A stretch of 64,000 nucleotides of DNA, from contig CBDCXR010000004.1 in assembly GCA_965223845.1 (NCBI GenBank), positions 7,296,001 to 7,360,000 on the forward strand, given 5' to 3'. The stretch's first letter is position 1. The number at the start of each line of letters is the position of its first letter. The position numbers and the translations under genes were made by a program. Of the stretch, positions 29,169-39,261 are shown piece by piece. Origin of the DNA: Planctomycetota bacterium. GTDB taxonomy: Bacteria; Planctomycetota; UBA8108; SXIK01. A model generated the notes under the pieces. That model made no database searches, was not told the origin of the DNA, and was given only the letters and a program-made list of their open reading frames with translations.

Positions 29169-29614
29169 GCGCAAACAACATTCGTGCGATCCATCACGTC
29201 TCGTACACCGTGAGCGACATCGACCGATCGGTGCGGTTCTACTCCGAAGGGCTAGGCTTCGACGTGCTCGACGACCGCCGCGTGAGCGGCGAGTTCCCGT
29301 CGCGAGTGACCGGCTTCGAAGCTACGAGCCTCCGAATCGTCCACCTGCGCGGTCACGGCCAGGGCCTCGAGCTCATTCAATACGAATCGCCGGTCGGCGC
29401 GAAGCAGGCGGTGCGCACCTGCGATGTCGGAAGCTCGCACCTTTGCTACGTCGTCGGCGACATCGACCGCGCGATCGAACATCTCGAGTCGTACGGCGCG
29501 CGCTTCCTCTCCCCGCCACAGGAAGTGGAGGGCGGACCGAACGCGGGAAACCGGTGCGTGTACTTTCTGGACCCGGACGGGATCCCGATGGAACTGAGTG
29601 AGCCTCGGATTTAG
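29165..29614 (+). CDS. VOC/glyoxalase family protein
   Basis: IHHVSYTVSDIDRSVRFY, LELIQY, HLCY and YFLDPDGIPMEL motifs; ATGA overlap with the upstream stop. Confidence 0.9.
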   Translation: MSANNIRAIHHVSYTVSDIDRSVRFYSEGLGFDVLDDRRVSGEFPSRVTGFEATSLRIVHLRGHGQGLELIQYESPVGAKQAVRTCDVGSSHLCYVVGDIDRAIEHLESYGARFLSPPQEVEGGPNAGNRCVYFLDPDGIPMELSEPRI

Positions 29615-29649
29615 AAGCTCGAGCGAACCCGCCGGCGCAAAGCAGATTG

Positions 29650-29869
29650 CACACGAAGAACGCGAAGGAAGACGAAACGGGAAGACAGCATGAATAGGAA
29701 ACGCTGATCAGAGCGGAAACGGGTCGTCCAGATAGATCGGCGTTCTTGATCCACCCCGATCGCAATCATCGCGCTTTCTACTCGAATCTCCGTTTCCCAT
29801 CCTATTTCCTATTCCTAACTACCTACTCCTACTTCGTCTTTCTTCGCGTGCCTTCGCGTTCTTCGTGTG
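29650..29869. repeat. 19-bp perfect inverted repeat with ~180-bp spacer (REP/REPIN-like)
   Basis: CACACGAAGAACGCGAAGG (29650-29668) and CCTTCGCGTTCTTCGTGTG (29851-29869) between convergent genes. Confidence 0.75.
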
Positions 29870-29889
29870 AAATCTTCTTACGAGCAACA

Positions 29890-31299
29890 TCAGAAAGCCC
29901 TAGTCCGCATCCACCGCTCGATCGCCTCGATCTCCTTTGGAACCCCCGCACTCAAGACCTCCGTCCCCGTTTCGGTCACGAGGAGGTCATCCTCGATGCG
30001 GATCCCGAGCTCCTCTTCCTCGATGTAGATCCCCGGTTCGATCGTGAGCACCATTCCCGGCGCGAGCTCGCGGATGGGCATCGGGTCGTGGACATTGAGT
30101 CCGATGCCGTGCGAGATGCCGTGCGGAAGGTACTTTCGAACCTGCTCGTCCGATTCGATGAGGCCGATCGCCTTGAGCCCGCGCGCGGTTTCGCGCCGTG
30201 CGACGGCGTTGATTTCCCCGATCGTTGCGCCCGGCTTCACCGTCTCGATGCACGCCTTCTGCACCTCGAGGACGATCGCGTAGATCGCCTTCTGTCGCGC
30301 GGTGAACCGGCCGTTCGCCGGAATCGTGCGCGTGACGTCGGCCGAGTAGAAGCCGTACTCCGCGCCGACGTCCATGAGAACGAGGTCGCCGTCCTCGATC
30401 TTCCGGCCGTAGCGCTGGTAGTGGAGGATGCACGAGTTCGGGCCCGAGCCGACGATCGACGGAAAGCCCCAGCCCGAACAGCCGTGCTCGAGAAACGTGC
30501 CCTCGATCACCGAGCGGAGATGGTATTCGTGCTGCCCCGGTCGCACCGCGCGCATCGCGCGGCGGAGCGCCTCGGTGGTCGTATCGATCGCGTAGCGAAG
30601 CATCGCGATCTCCGCATCGGATTTCACCTGCCGGAGCGGGAGCGTGAGAAGCCGCGGTGATTCGATCCGGATCCGAAACGCGTTGCTGCCGATCGCCTGC
30701 TGCAGAAAGCCGTACCCGGCTGTGACCGGCTCGCCCGGCTCGAAGCCACGGGCCGCGAAGAAGAGCGGCCGCCGCGGTGTGAGCTCGCGCTTCAAGAGGG
30801 GATCGAGCTCGTCCATGGTGAGAACGGAGTCACCCCGAATGCCGGTCCTGTCGGCGAGCTCCTTCGGGCTGAGATGGCGACCTTCCCAAATCACGAACCG
30901 GGGATCCTGCGGAGTGTAGAAAAGAATCTCGCGGCCCAGTTCGCCGAGCTCGTTCGCGCTGAGGAGGAGAGCGCCGCGTGGTTCGTCGATCCCCGTGAGG
31001 TAGACGAGATTGTCGTCGGGCCGGTACGGGTAGAACACGTCGCCCGCGAAGTGATCGAGCGGACTCGCAGTGATGAGGTAGAGCGCGTCCTCGCCTCCTT
31101 GCTCGCGCATCCGCTCGATGACCGCGGCACGGCGGGACGCGTATTCGCTCGCCGGCGCGATTCCCGGCGGAGGATCTGCGTGCGAGGACGGGAACGTGAG
31201 GGCTAGAACGCACGCGACGAAGCGCGCGACGCGTCGGCGCGAAGTCCTTGCGGCGCACGGCAAAGTGCGATCGAAGAGCTGAAGGCGAGGCGACGTCAT
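29890..31299 (-). CDS. Xaa-Pro aminopeptidase (M24B), probably exported
   Basis: YLTGIDEP, LHY, DVGAE, ADVTRT, HGISHGIG, EPGIY and GIRIEDD motifs; signal-like N-terminus. Confidence 0.92.
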   Translation of the reverse strand: MTSPRLQLFDRTLPCAARTSRRRVARFVACVLALTFPSSHADPPPGIAPASEYASRRAAVIERMREQGGEDALYLITASPLDHFAGDVFYPYRPDDNLVYLTGIDEPRGALLLSANELGELGREILFYTPQDPRFVIWEGRHLSPKELADRTGIRGDSVLTMDELDPLLKRELTPRRPLFFAARGFEPGEPVTAGYGFLQQAIGSNAFRIRIESPRLLTLPLRQVKSDAEIAMLRYAIDTTTEALRRAMRAVRPGQHEYHLRSVIEGTFLEHGCSGWGFPSIVGSGPNSCILHYQRYGRKIEDGDLVLMDVGAEYGFYSADVTRTIPANGRFTARQKAIYAIVLEVQKACIETVKPGATIGEINAVARRETARGLKAIGLIESDEQVRKYLPHGISHGIGLNVHDPMPIRELAPGMVLTIEPGIYIEEEELGIRIEDDLLVTETGTEVLSAGVPKEIEAIERWMRTRAF

Positions 31300-31481
31300 G
31301 GGCGGCGTTCGAAGGGAGTGGGGGAATCGGGGGCTGCGAGGGCGGGATGGGCCTCTCCGCCGCAGCCCGGAGCGCGTGGGTTGATCATACCACAGCGATC
31401 CAGTACGACGGGGCGTCGGGACACGCGCCCGGCGAAGCGCGAATCCAGAAAGTCACGACAGATGGAAAGATAGCGAAAGCC

Positions 31482-32558
31482 ATGACGGACCGACCTTCCT
31501 CCGATCTCCTGCGTCGACTCACTCTCGCCGCCGGCCCGCCCGGATCCGAAGACGCGGTGCGCGCGATTGTCCGCGAGGAGCTCGACGGGATCGGTTCGAT
31601 TGCGTACGACCGACTCGGAAGTCTCCTCTGTGAGAAGCGCGGAACGAGCGATGCGCCTCGAATCGCGATCGACGCTCATCTCGACGAAGTCGGCTTCATG
31701 GTGCAGAGCATCGGCGACGAGGGGCACCTTTCGTTCGTTGCGCTCGGCGGTTGGTGGGAGCACGTTCTTCCCGCTCAGCGCGTCGACATCGTCACCGACG
31801 GCGGTCTCGTTCCGGGAGTGATCGGCGCGACGCCGCCCCACTTTCTGGCGGCGAGCGATCGTAAGCGACTCGTCGACCTGAAGAACATGTTCATCGACGT
31901 GGGCGCGAGCACGGTGGACGAGGTCGCGGAGCTCGGCATCCGCGTCGGCGATTCGATCGTTCCCCGCGGGGAGTGGATCGAGTTTCATGCCGACGGAGTG
32001 TTGAGCTCGAAGGCGTTCGACAACCGCGCCGGAGTCGGTCTCGTGTGCGAGACGATGCGCTCGCTCGCCGAGCGCGACCACCCGAACACGGTCGTCGGGA
32101 TCACCGCCGTGCAGGAGGAAGTCGGGTGCCGCGGCGCGAAGACCGCGAGCGCCGTCGCGTCTCCCGACGCCGCGATCGTCCTCGAAGGAACTCCGGCCGA
32201 CGATCTGCCCGGCTTCGCCCCCCGGCAGGGAGTGCTGCGCGGCGGGCCCCAGGTGCGCCTCTTCGATCCGACAGCGATCGGAAGCCGACGTCTCGTCCGG
32301 CTGGTCGAAGAGACGGCGGCGGCCGAGGAGATTCCGATTCAGCTCGCCGTTCGGCGGAGCGGAGGAACGGACGCGAAGTCGATCCACACGCACGACCGCG
32401 GAGTGCCGACCGTCGTGGTCGCCGTTCCCGCCCGGTACATCCACACGTCGGTCTCCGTGATCCACTGGGACGACTACACCGCCGCACACCGGCTCGTCCT
32501 CGCCCTGATCGATCGCCTCGATGCCGCGGCGGTCGCGGAGCTGACGCGCTTCGAGTGA
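31482..32558 (+). CDS. M42 family aminopeptidase
   Basis: AHLDEVG, KAFDNR, QEEVG, GGTD and RYIH motifs. Confidence 0.93.
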   Translation: MTDRPSSDLLRRLTLAAGPPGSEDAVRAIVREELDGIGSIAYDRLGSLLCEKRGTSDAPRIAIDAHLDEVGFMVQSIGDEGHLSFVALGGWWEHVLPAQRVDIVTDGGLVPGVIGATPPHFLAASDRKRLVDLKNMFIDVGASTVDEVAELGIRVGDSIVPRGEWIEFHADGVLSSKAFDNRAGVGLVCETMRSLAERDHPNTVVGITAVQEEVGCRGAKTASAVASPDAAIVLEGTPADDLPGFAPRQGVLRGGPQVRLFDPTAIGSRRLVRLVEETAAAEEIPIQLAVRRSGGTDAKSIHTHDRGVPTVVVAVPARYIHTSVSVIHWDDYTAAHRLVLALIDRLDAAAVAELTRFE

Positions 32559-32711
32559 AGCCGGCGCGGTCGCGTCGAGGTCGTGGATCCGTTGCAAATC
32601 GACCGGAGACGCCGCATGCTCTGAGTGGTGCAGCGAGGCGCCGCCGGCGGTCCGCAGTGCTTCTGCGGGCGACGAGCGGCGCGGTGGGCCCAGAAACGAG
32701 TTCGGACGCCG

Positions 32712-33560
32712 ATGCGAATGCGACGACCCGATTTCTTGTGGGGGGCGGTCCTCGCGGGGAGTACTCTTCTCTCCGGGTGTGACGGCGCATCGTCTCCGGC
32801 GCCGAGAAACGGAACATCCGGCGCCGGTGCGCCATCGGGAGGGTCCTCGGGCACCGTGAACGAGGCATTCACCGCGGCTCGCGATCGATTGGTGGACGCG
32901 CTCGCTCCGAGCATTCGGAGCGAAGCCGTGCTCGCGGCTATGCGTGAAATCCCGCGGCACGAGTTCGTTCCCGAGGACGTGCGCTCGAGGAGCTACCACG
33001 ACGAACCGCTCCCGATCGGAGAGGGTCAGACGATCTCACAGCCGGCGCTGGTCGCGCTCATGAGCGAGCTTCTCGAGCTCGACGGAAGCGAAACCGTACT
33101 CGAGGTCGGGACGGGTTCCGGCTACCAAGCGGCGATCCTCGCGCAGCTCGCGGCGAAGGTCTACACGATCGAGATTCTCCCGACTCTCTCCCAGCGAGCG
33201 CAGAGCGTGATCCGCAGCCTGAGCGATCGTGGTGTTCTCGACGCTACGAAGATCGAGTTCATCGTCGGCGACGGGTCGAAGGGCCATCCGGCCGCGGCGC
33301 CCTACGACGCGATCATCGTAACGGCCGCGCCGACCAAGGTGCCGGATGCGCTGCTCGATCAGCTTCGACCGGGTGGTCGGCTCGTGATTCCCGTCGGGGA
33401 CTACTACCAAGAGCTGCGCCTCATCACGAAGGCGGAGAGCGGCGAGGTCGAGGAATCCTCGCTCAAGCTCGTGCGCTTCGTCCGTCTCGTCGGCGAAGGC
33501 GAGGGCGACCCGGGAGACGCGAGCCCGAGCCCGAATCCGGCTCCAGCGAACGACGAGTGA
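32712..33560 (+). CDS. pcm: Protein-L-isoaspartate O-methyltransferase with lipoprotein-like N-terminus
   Basis: IPRHEFVP, GQTISQP, VLEVGTGSGYQAA, APYDAIIVTAA and VRFV motifs; LLSGC lipobox-like sequence. Confidence 0.9.
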   Translation: MRMRRPDFLWGAVLAGSTLLSGCDGASSPAPRNGTSGAGAPSGGSSGTVNEAFTAARDRLVDALAPSIRSEAVLAAMREIPRHEFVPEDVRSRSYHDEPLPIGEGQTISQPALVALMSELLELDGSETVLEVGTGSGYQAAILAQLAAKVYTIEILPTLSQRAQSVIRSLSDRGVLDATKIEFIVGDGSKGHPAAAPYDAIIVTAAPTKVPDALLDQLRPGGRLVIPVGDYYQELRLITKAESGEVEESSLKLVRFVRLVGEGEGDPGDASPSPNPAPANDE

Positions 33561-33590
33561 TGTCGCATCGGCCGCCGCGTGCGGCCGAGC

Positions 33591-34772
33591 TCACCGCTCC
33601 TCTACGAACCGTGCGATCGCGGTGTTGATCTGCTCGGTCTCAATGAGAAAAGCGTCGTGACCGTGAATCGACTTGAGGATCGTGAGTCGGCTGGATTTTC
33701 CCGCCCTCTGGAGTGCGTCGTCCACTTCGCGCATGTGCTCGACGGGGCAGAGAAAGTCGGTCTCGACGGCGAGAAGGAGAACGCGCGCCGTAACGCGCGC
33801 TGCCGCCGCGTCGAGAGAGCCGAACTCCGTGCTGAGGTCGAAGAGATCCATCGCGCGCGAAAAATAGAGATACGTGTTCGCGTCGAATCGGTCGACGAGC
33901 TTCCGTCCCTGGTGGTTGAGGTACGACTGCACCTCGAACAGTCCGCGCAGAAAATGGGGGTCATCATTGCGCACCGCTCGGCCGAAGCGCTCGTCGAACT
34001 CGGGAGAGGAGCGGTACGTGATCATCCCGAGCTTCCGGGCGAGCGCGAGCCCGTCCGCGGGCGGGGGACCGCCGTAGTAGTCGCCGCCGCGCCAGTTCGG
34101 GTCCAGTTGGATCGCTTCGCGCTGCACCGCGCGGAGGGCGATCGCCTGCGGGAACGAGCGTCCCGGCGAAACGAGGGCGATGCACTCGCGCACTTCGTCC
34201 GGGTAGCGCGCGGCCCACTCGAGCCCCATCATTCCGCCCATCGATCCGCCGATCAGCGTGACCGGGCTCGCGATTCCGTTCGCGCGTAGGAACTCGCGGT
34301 GCGCCTCGATCATGTCGGCGATCGTGATCGCGGGAAACTCCGTCCCGAATGGCCGCCCGCGCGCGGGATCGATCGAGCTCGGGCCGGTGCTGCCGTTGCA
34401 TCCGCCGAGAAGATTCGTGCAGACGATGAAGTGCTCGCGCGGTGTGAGCGGAGCGTCGTCCACGAAGAGCTGCTCCCACCAGCCGGGGAGCGGATCTTCC
34501 GCGCTGCTCCGCGCGTGGCTGCTTCCCGAAAGCGCGTGGAGAACGAGAACCGGCGCGTTGCCCGAGTCGCCCCAAGCTTCGTAGGCGATCGTGAGCTCGG
34601 GGATCGACTCGCCGGATCGAAACGAGAATCCCTGCGTCGATTTCCAGCGGAGAGCAGGAATGCGGGGCCCGGCCATGCGGTAGTGTCCTCGGAAAGTTGC
34701 CGGTCGTTCGACGCGAAGTCCGCGCGGCCGCCGGAGCGCGCGAGTCGGCTGATATGCCTTCTCGTCGGTCAA
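33591..34772 (-). CDS. metX: Homoserine O-acetyltransferase
   Basis: HALSG, GWW, NLLGGCNGSTGP, GGSMGG, RFDANTY and HGHDAF motifs; start uncertain (TTG 34772 or ATG 34676). Confidence 0.9.
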   Translation of the reverse strand: MTDEKAYQPTRALRRPRGLRVERPATFRGHYRMAGPRIPALRWKSTQGFSFRSGESIPELTIAYEAWGDSGNAPVLVLHALSGSSHARSSAEDPLPGWWEQLFVDDAPLTPREHFIVCTNLLGGCNGSTGPSSIDPARGRPFGTEFPAITIADMIEAHREFLRANGIASPVTLIGGSMGGMMGLEWAARYPDEVRECIALVSPGRSFPQAIALRAVQREAIQLDPNWRGGDYYGGPPPADGLALARKLGMITYRSSPEFDERFGRAVRNDDPHFLRGLFEVQSYLNHQGRKLVDRFDANTYLYFSRAMDLFDLSTEFGSLDAAAARVTARVLLLAVETDFLCPVEHMREVDDALQRAGKSSRLTILKSIHGHDAFLIETEQINTAIARFVEER

Positions 34773-35086
34773 ATTGCAAAAAAAGTATTGCCCGAACCCG
34801 TCGCCGGAGGGTACCTCGGACGCGCCAATCCGGAGCGTTAGCCCGCAGTTCTCACCAAATTCGGTGAGCGCCGCGGGGAGACGCCGTGAGGCAGGAACGT
34901 ACGACGGCGACGCATCCGATGCTCAGTTCTCGCTCTTCGGTGTCGTAGTAGAATCTGGTGAGAATCGCCGGTGAGCGCTCGCGGCGCACCGCAGAGAGCC
35001 CTCGCCGTCGCTCCTGCGTGGGTGCGCCGCGTTCGGTCCATCCGCGGCGCGAAGAGTTGCCGAGACGAGTTGTCGAGTGGAGTGAC

Positions 35087-35899
35087 GTGCGCAGCGAGTA
35101 TCGAAGCGTCGACGGGGCATGGATCCATGAGCGGGCGCGGATCGCCGAGGACGTCGTCGTCGAGCCGGGTGCGCTCATCGGCGCGGATGTCGAAATCGGA
35201 CCCGAGTGCTGGATCGGTTGCGGGGCGGTGATCTACGGTCCGACTCGCATCGGCGCGAAGAACCAGATCTACCCGTCGGTCGTCCTCGGTGGGGCGCCGC
35301 AGGATATCGGCTACGCCGGTGAGCCGACTCGGCTCGAGATCGGCGAGCGGAACGTGTTCCGCGAGGGAGTGACGGCGCACCGCGCGTCGACGAAGGACGA
35401 CGGCGTGACGCGGATCGGGAGCGACAACTTCTTGATGGCGTACACGCACGTCGGTCACGACGCCATCGTCGAGGATCACATCATCACCGCGAACGGTTGT
35501 CTGATCGCCGGTCACTGTCACGTGCAATCGCACGCGAACTTTTCCGGCGGCACGGCGGTGATGCAGTACGTCACCGTCGGCCGGTACGCGTTTCTCGGGG
35601 CGATGTCCGGATCGAGGACGGATCTCGAGCCGTTTCTCTGTCACGACATGCAGAAGTCGGTCGCATCCGCGCCGCAATCGGTGAACGTCGTCGGCCTCCG
35701 TCGCGCCGGATTCGCGGCGGAAGTCATTCAAAACCTCCGCACGGCGTATAAGGTCCTTTACGTGAAGGACGGGAAAGCGCGCCTTGAGGAAGCGCGCGCC
35801 GAGATCGAGCGGCGCGGTGCGATGTGCGCAGAGGTCGACGAGCTCCTTCGCTTCGTCGCGGCGAAGCGCGAGTCTCGGCTCGGTCGTCAGCGCGGATAG
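35087..35899 (+). CDS. lpxA: UDP-N-acetylglucosamine O-acyltransferase
   Basis: Hexapeptide repeats, PQD, REGVT, MAYTHVGHD and NVVGLRR motifs; GTG start inferred. Confidence 0.92.
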   Translation: MRSEYRSVDGAWIHERARIAEDVVVEPGALIGADVEIGPECWIGCGAVIYGPTRIGAKNQIYPSVVLGGAPQDIGYAGEPTRLEIGERNVFREGVTAHRASTKDDGVTRIGSDNFLMAYTHVGHDAIVEDHIITANGCLIAGHCHVQSHANFSGGTAVMQYVTVGRYAFLGAMSGSRTDLEPFLCHDMQKSVASAPQSVNVVGLRRAGFAAEVIQNLRTAYKVLYVKDGKARLEEARAEIERRGAMCAEVDELLRFVAAKRESRLGRQRG

Positions 35900-35965
35900 C
35901 TCCGGGAACCGATCGTCTCTTCGCGGTTCGCACCCGCCCCGAACGCTGCGCGGTCCGACCTCGAC

Positions 35966-37330
35966 TCACTCCGTGCGCGGTCGCCGCCGCCTTCCTCCCC
36001 GACGCCGTCTGCGTCGGCGCGGCTTCTCTGAATCTTCGGCCGCGCCAGTCTCTCCGGCAGATGCGCGCTGGCCCTCGCCGGCGGCTCGCGGCGGTCGATC
36101 GTCCCACGCCGAGTACGGCACGGGCGGAGGCGCGACCTCGCGCCACCGTTCGACGAGTTCGGTCGACTTTCCCTCGGCAGCGAGGGCGATCTCGAGAAAG
36201 TCGAGCGCTTCGGAGAGGTACTCCTTGTGCGCGAGGCGGGAGAAGAGCTTTCCGCGCTCGAGGCTCTGCCGGAGGCGGCGGTGGTGGAGCGCGATCTGAG
36301 TCATTCGATCTGCGTCGCGGCGCGCGATGCGAACGACGCGCGTCAGCTCGCGTAGATTGCGCAGCATGAAGTTCTGCGCATCGGGGGGATTCGGCCGTTC
36401 GCCGCTCCACCAGGCCGGGTCGGGCAGGATGATGCTGTGAAATGCCGCGGAAAGAAGGACCGGGGTGGTGTACGTCGCACCGCTCCAGATGAGCTTGTCG
36501 AGCGCGCGGAGGCGCCCCCACAGCGGGTGCTGTTCTCCCTGCTGCCGTAGCTGCACCGCGAGAGGGGGAAAGAGCGCGTCCGCGAGACCGCTCGAGGCGA
36601 TGAGACGGTAGTAGGGCTCGGCCGCGCCGCTCCGGAGATCCTTCAGCGTTTCTTCGAGGAGACGCGATGGATTCGCGTCGGCGATGATCGAGCGGTGCTC
36701 CTCGATCGCATCCCACGTCTCGGCGTCGACCTCGAAACCGAGTCGTGCGGCGTGGCGCTGGGCGCGGATCATCCGCACCGGATCTTCGGCGAAGCTCTCG
36801 CCGGGCGGGTTGATCATTCGGATGATCCCCGCGCGTAGGTCCTCGACGCCCCCTACGTAGTCGATCACCGAGAAGGTCTTCGCGTCGTAGAAGAGACCGT
36901 TGATCGTCAAATCGCGCCGGAGCGCGTCTTCTTCAGCGGAGCCGTACTCGTTGTCGTCGAGCATCGTTTTCCCGCCTCGGCCGACGACGGAGCGCTGAAC
37001 CCCGCGGCGAAACGTTGCGACTTCGATGACCTTGTCGCCGGGAAAGGTCACGTGGGCGATCTTGAATCGCCGGCCGACGACGCGGCAGTTGCGGAACATC
37101 TTGCGCACTCGGGACGGGCGCGCCGCCGTCGCGAGGTCGAAGTCCTTCGGGGTCTTCTCGAGGAAGAGGTCGCGGACTCCGCCGCCGACTAAATAGGATT
37201 CGTACGTCGAATCGACGAGTCGATAGAGGACCCGGAGCGCGTCGTCGTCGATGTTCTGCCGCGAGATCGAGTGCTCAGACCGCGGAAGGACTAGGGGCGA
37301 ACGGTGACCAGGGGAGAGATCGATCGGCAC
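35966..37330 (-). CDS. pcnB: Poly(A) polymerase I
   Basis: VGGGVRD, PKDFD, PAP signature VVGRRFKIAHV, RRDLTIN, EDPVRMIRA and Arg-rich tail. Confidence 0.9.
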   Translation of the reverse strand: MPIDLSPGHRSPLVLPRSEHSISRQNIDDDALRVLYRLVDSTYESYLVGGGVRDLFLEKTPKDFDLATAARPSRVRKMFRNCRVVGRRFKIAHVTFPGDKVIEVATFRRGVQRSVVGRGGKTMLDDNEYGSAEEDALRRDLTINGLFYDAKTFSVIDYVGGVEDLRAGIIRMINPPGESFAEDPVRMIRAQRHAARLGFEVDAETWDAIEEHRSIIADANPSRLLEETLKDLRSGAAEPYYRLIASSGLADALFPPLAVQLRQQGEQHPLWGRLRALDKLIWSGATYTTPVLLSAAFHSIILPDPAWWSGERPNPPDAQNFMLRNLRELTRVVRIARRDADRMTQIALHHRRLRQSLERGKLFSRLAHKEYLSEALDFLEIALAAEGKSTELVERWREVAPPPVPYSAWDDRPPRAAGEGQRASAGETGAAEDSEKPRRRRRRRGGRRRRPRTE

Positions 37331-37777
37331 CGGATTCTACGGCGTTCGCGGACCCCGCCGGACGTCGCGGGAGAGCGAGCGGCGGGGGCAGGCTGTGGTA
37401 GCGAGATGATCGGACGGGGAGGAGTCGCCGGAGAGCCCGCTGGCGAGCCGCCCCGGTTCGACCGCGCCCGAGTGACGAGAACAGAACGCGCGGAAGGAAA
37501 CGCACCCGAGCCCGACGTGCGCAGTGCTTCGAAGCGTTCCGGCCGGCCGGACTGGTCGCGCGCCGGGCGCACACGCCGACGGACAAGCGTAAGCGTTGTA
37601 ATGGGCGTATGTTAACCGAGCTCCCCGGAGAACTCAAGGGGCGCGAGACGCGGGTGCGCCGTTCGAGAGGGGGAGCGGACCGGCCGCCGTCCCAGCGCGC
37701 GCCGGCGCGCCGGGTCTCGCCTATCCTAAGCTCCTGAAAGACTTTGCCGGTTGTTAGCGTGTTTTTCAAAAACGCCC

Positions 37778-37833
37778 TTGGTGACCGCAAGATCTTGTAG
37801 TATGGTGCTCTGGCCTTTCGCAATATGTAGTGG
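37778..37833 (+). promoter_or_regulatory. Sigma70-like promoter overlapped by tandem NrdR boxes
   Basis: TTGGTG-17-TATGGT (37778-37806); boxes ccgCAAgATcTTGtag (37785-37800) and tcgCAAtATgTAGtgg (37818-37833) match the acaCwAtATaTwGtg consensus. Confidence 0.7.
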
Positions 37834-39261
37834 GTCGACCGCTGGTGGCCTTCACTGAACGACCTTTTCGCCCGGTTCCGCGCGGCGGGTGGCGTCCCCC
37901 AAATCGAGGACGGCACAGCCGTTAAGGGCACGGGAAGGGGGTCGGTGGAGCGCGGTCGCGGAGGGCTGGTGGTGCGCGCGCGGCGCGAGTCGCGCGCGTT
38001 CGGTGTGAGGAGACGGCAGCAAACATCAGGGATCCACCTCCGGCTGGCTCGAGGCCGGTCGGGTGAGGTCGATCGGCTGGGGAGAGCTGAGCGGTCGGTC
38101 TCACGATGGAAGTGATCGATCCGCGCCCGGGGTTGTGATCCGACGGGTGGGATCAGAGAGAGTGAAGGGAGAACAAGATCCGAGGACAATTCGGTTCCGA
38201 TCGGAACGCGACGCTCGAGGACCTGCGACCTCGAATCCACGGATTTGATTCATGGTCGTGGCGGGAGAGCAGGCGAATCGCGCGAACGACGACGACGGCG
38301 GCGGCCTCGAGAGAGCGGTGGTGATCCAGCCACTGGACTGAACGAGCGCTGCGCCGGATGCCGGTGATGACCGCTGTGGGTATAGTCCGATTCGGGGACG
38401 AGACATCGTTTCCGAACACGGCTCCGATTCTCGGTGTGTTGTCCGCGGCGGAAACTCGCGGTCTCGGACGCTGCCCCGGTCTCGTGTGAGCCGAGTCGAG
38501 GACGCGTGTACGGGTGGCGCCCCGGCGGTGTCACGCGTTGCGATCGAGGTCTCGCCGCGTTCGGACGGGGACGATCTCGGATTCGGTTGGAGGTCGAGCG
38601 GTCCGGCGGCGAAAACGGCGCCTCGATCGCGGCCGTCGAATCGAGTTCGGTCCGACGTATAGGGATTCCAGAGCGACCGGCAGCGATCGCTCGATCTCAT
38701 CCGCGAGTGTTCGCGGTGCGGTGGAAGATCTGGACGTCGACGAATTGAGCCTCCGAAACACTTGGTATTGAATGAGCGGGAGTTCGCGAGCGCGGACTCC
38801 TGCTGGGTTGGGAATCTCGAGATTCGGCGGTCGAGGGCTCCGGACGCGAGGCGTTCGCGTCGAGAGCTTCCGCCCGAGGAATCGAACTCCCCGTGAACGA
38901 ATCGAACTGGCGCGACCGCGGGTCGCGCGAATCCGAAAGATTGCATCCATTTTGAAGATATCGGTTGCACCCTCACTCCAGACCGACCGCCTCCGACGCC
39001 GTTGGGTCCGACGCGTCGGGTCGCGAACCGACGCCGGAGCGGTGGAACGGCCGGAAGCGAACGGGCCGTACCCGCGGGGCGCGAACGAGAGGGTGATCTC
39101 GCCTCCGGAGCGATCCATCGACGGGGTCGTTCCGTTCTCGCGCGGTCTCGAACGGGATCGCCAGCGCCCGCGATCCGAGAGGAGCGGCGCGGTCTCCGCG
39201 AGCAAGTCTCGCACCGAACGATTTCGAGAATCATGAAACAGAGAGAGTGGAGAAAAACCAT
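37813..39261 (+). ncRNA. Candidate long structured leader or ncRNA upstream of nrdJ
   Basis: No credible ORF over ~1.45 kb; many short hairpins; lies downstream of the NrdR-box promoter. Confidence 0.35.

Noticed and set aside
34838-34915. Short ORF MRRRRTFL... as a Met attenuator peptide, or a T-box, for metX
   Set aside because: No internal Met codons, and the T-box consensus match is poor
37850-39260. Cobalamin riboswitch, RNase P RNA, tmRNA or group II intron in the nrdJ leader
   Set aside because: Hallmark motifs were not found by eye; GAGCCG near 38488 does not form a proper domain V. An Rfam search is needed to exclude these formally
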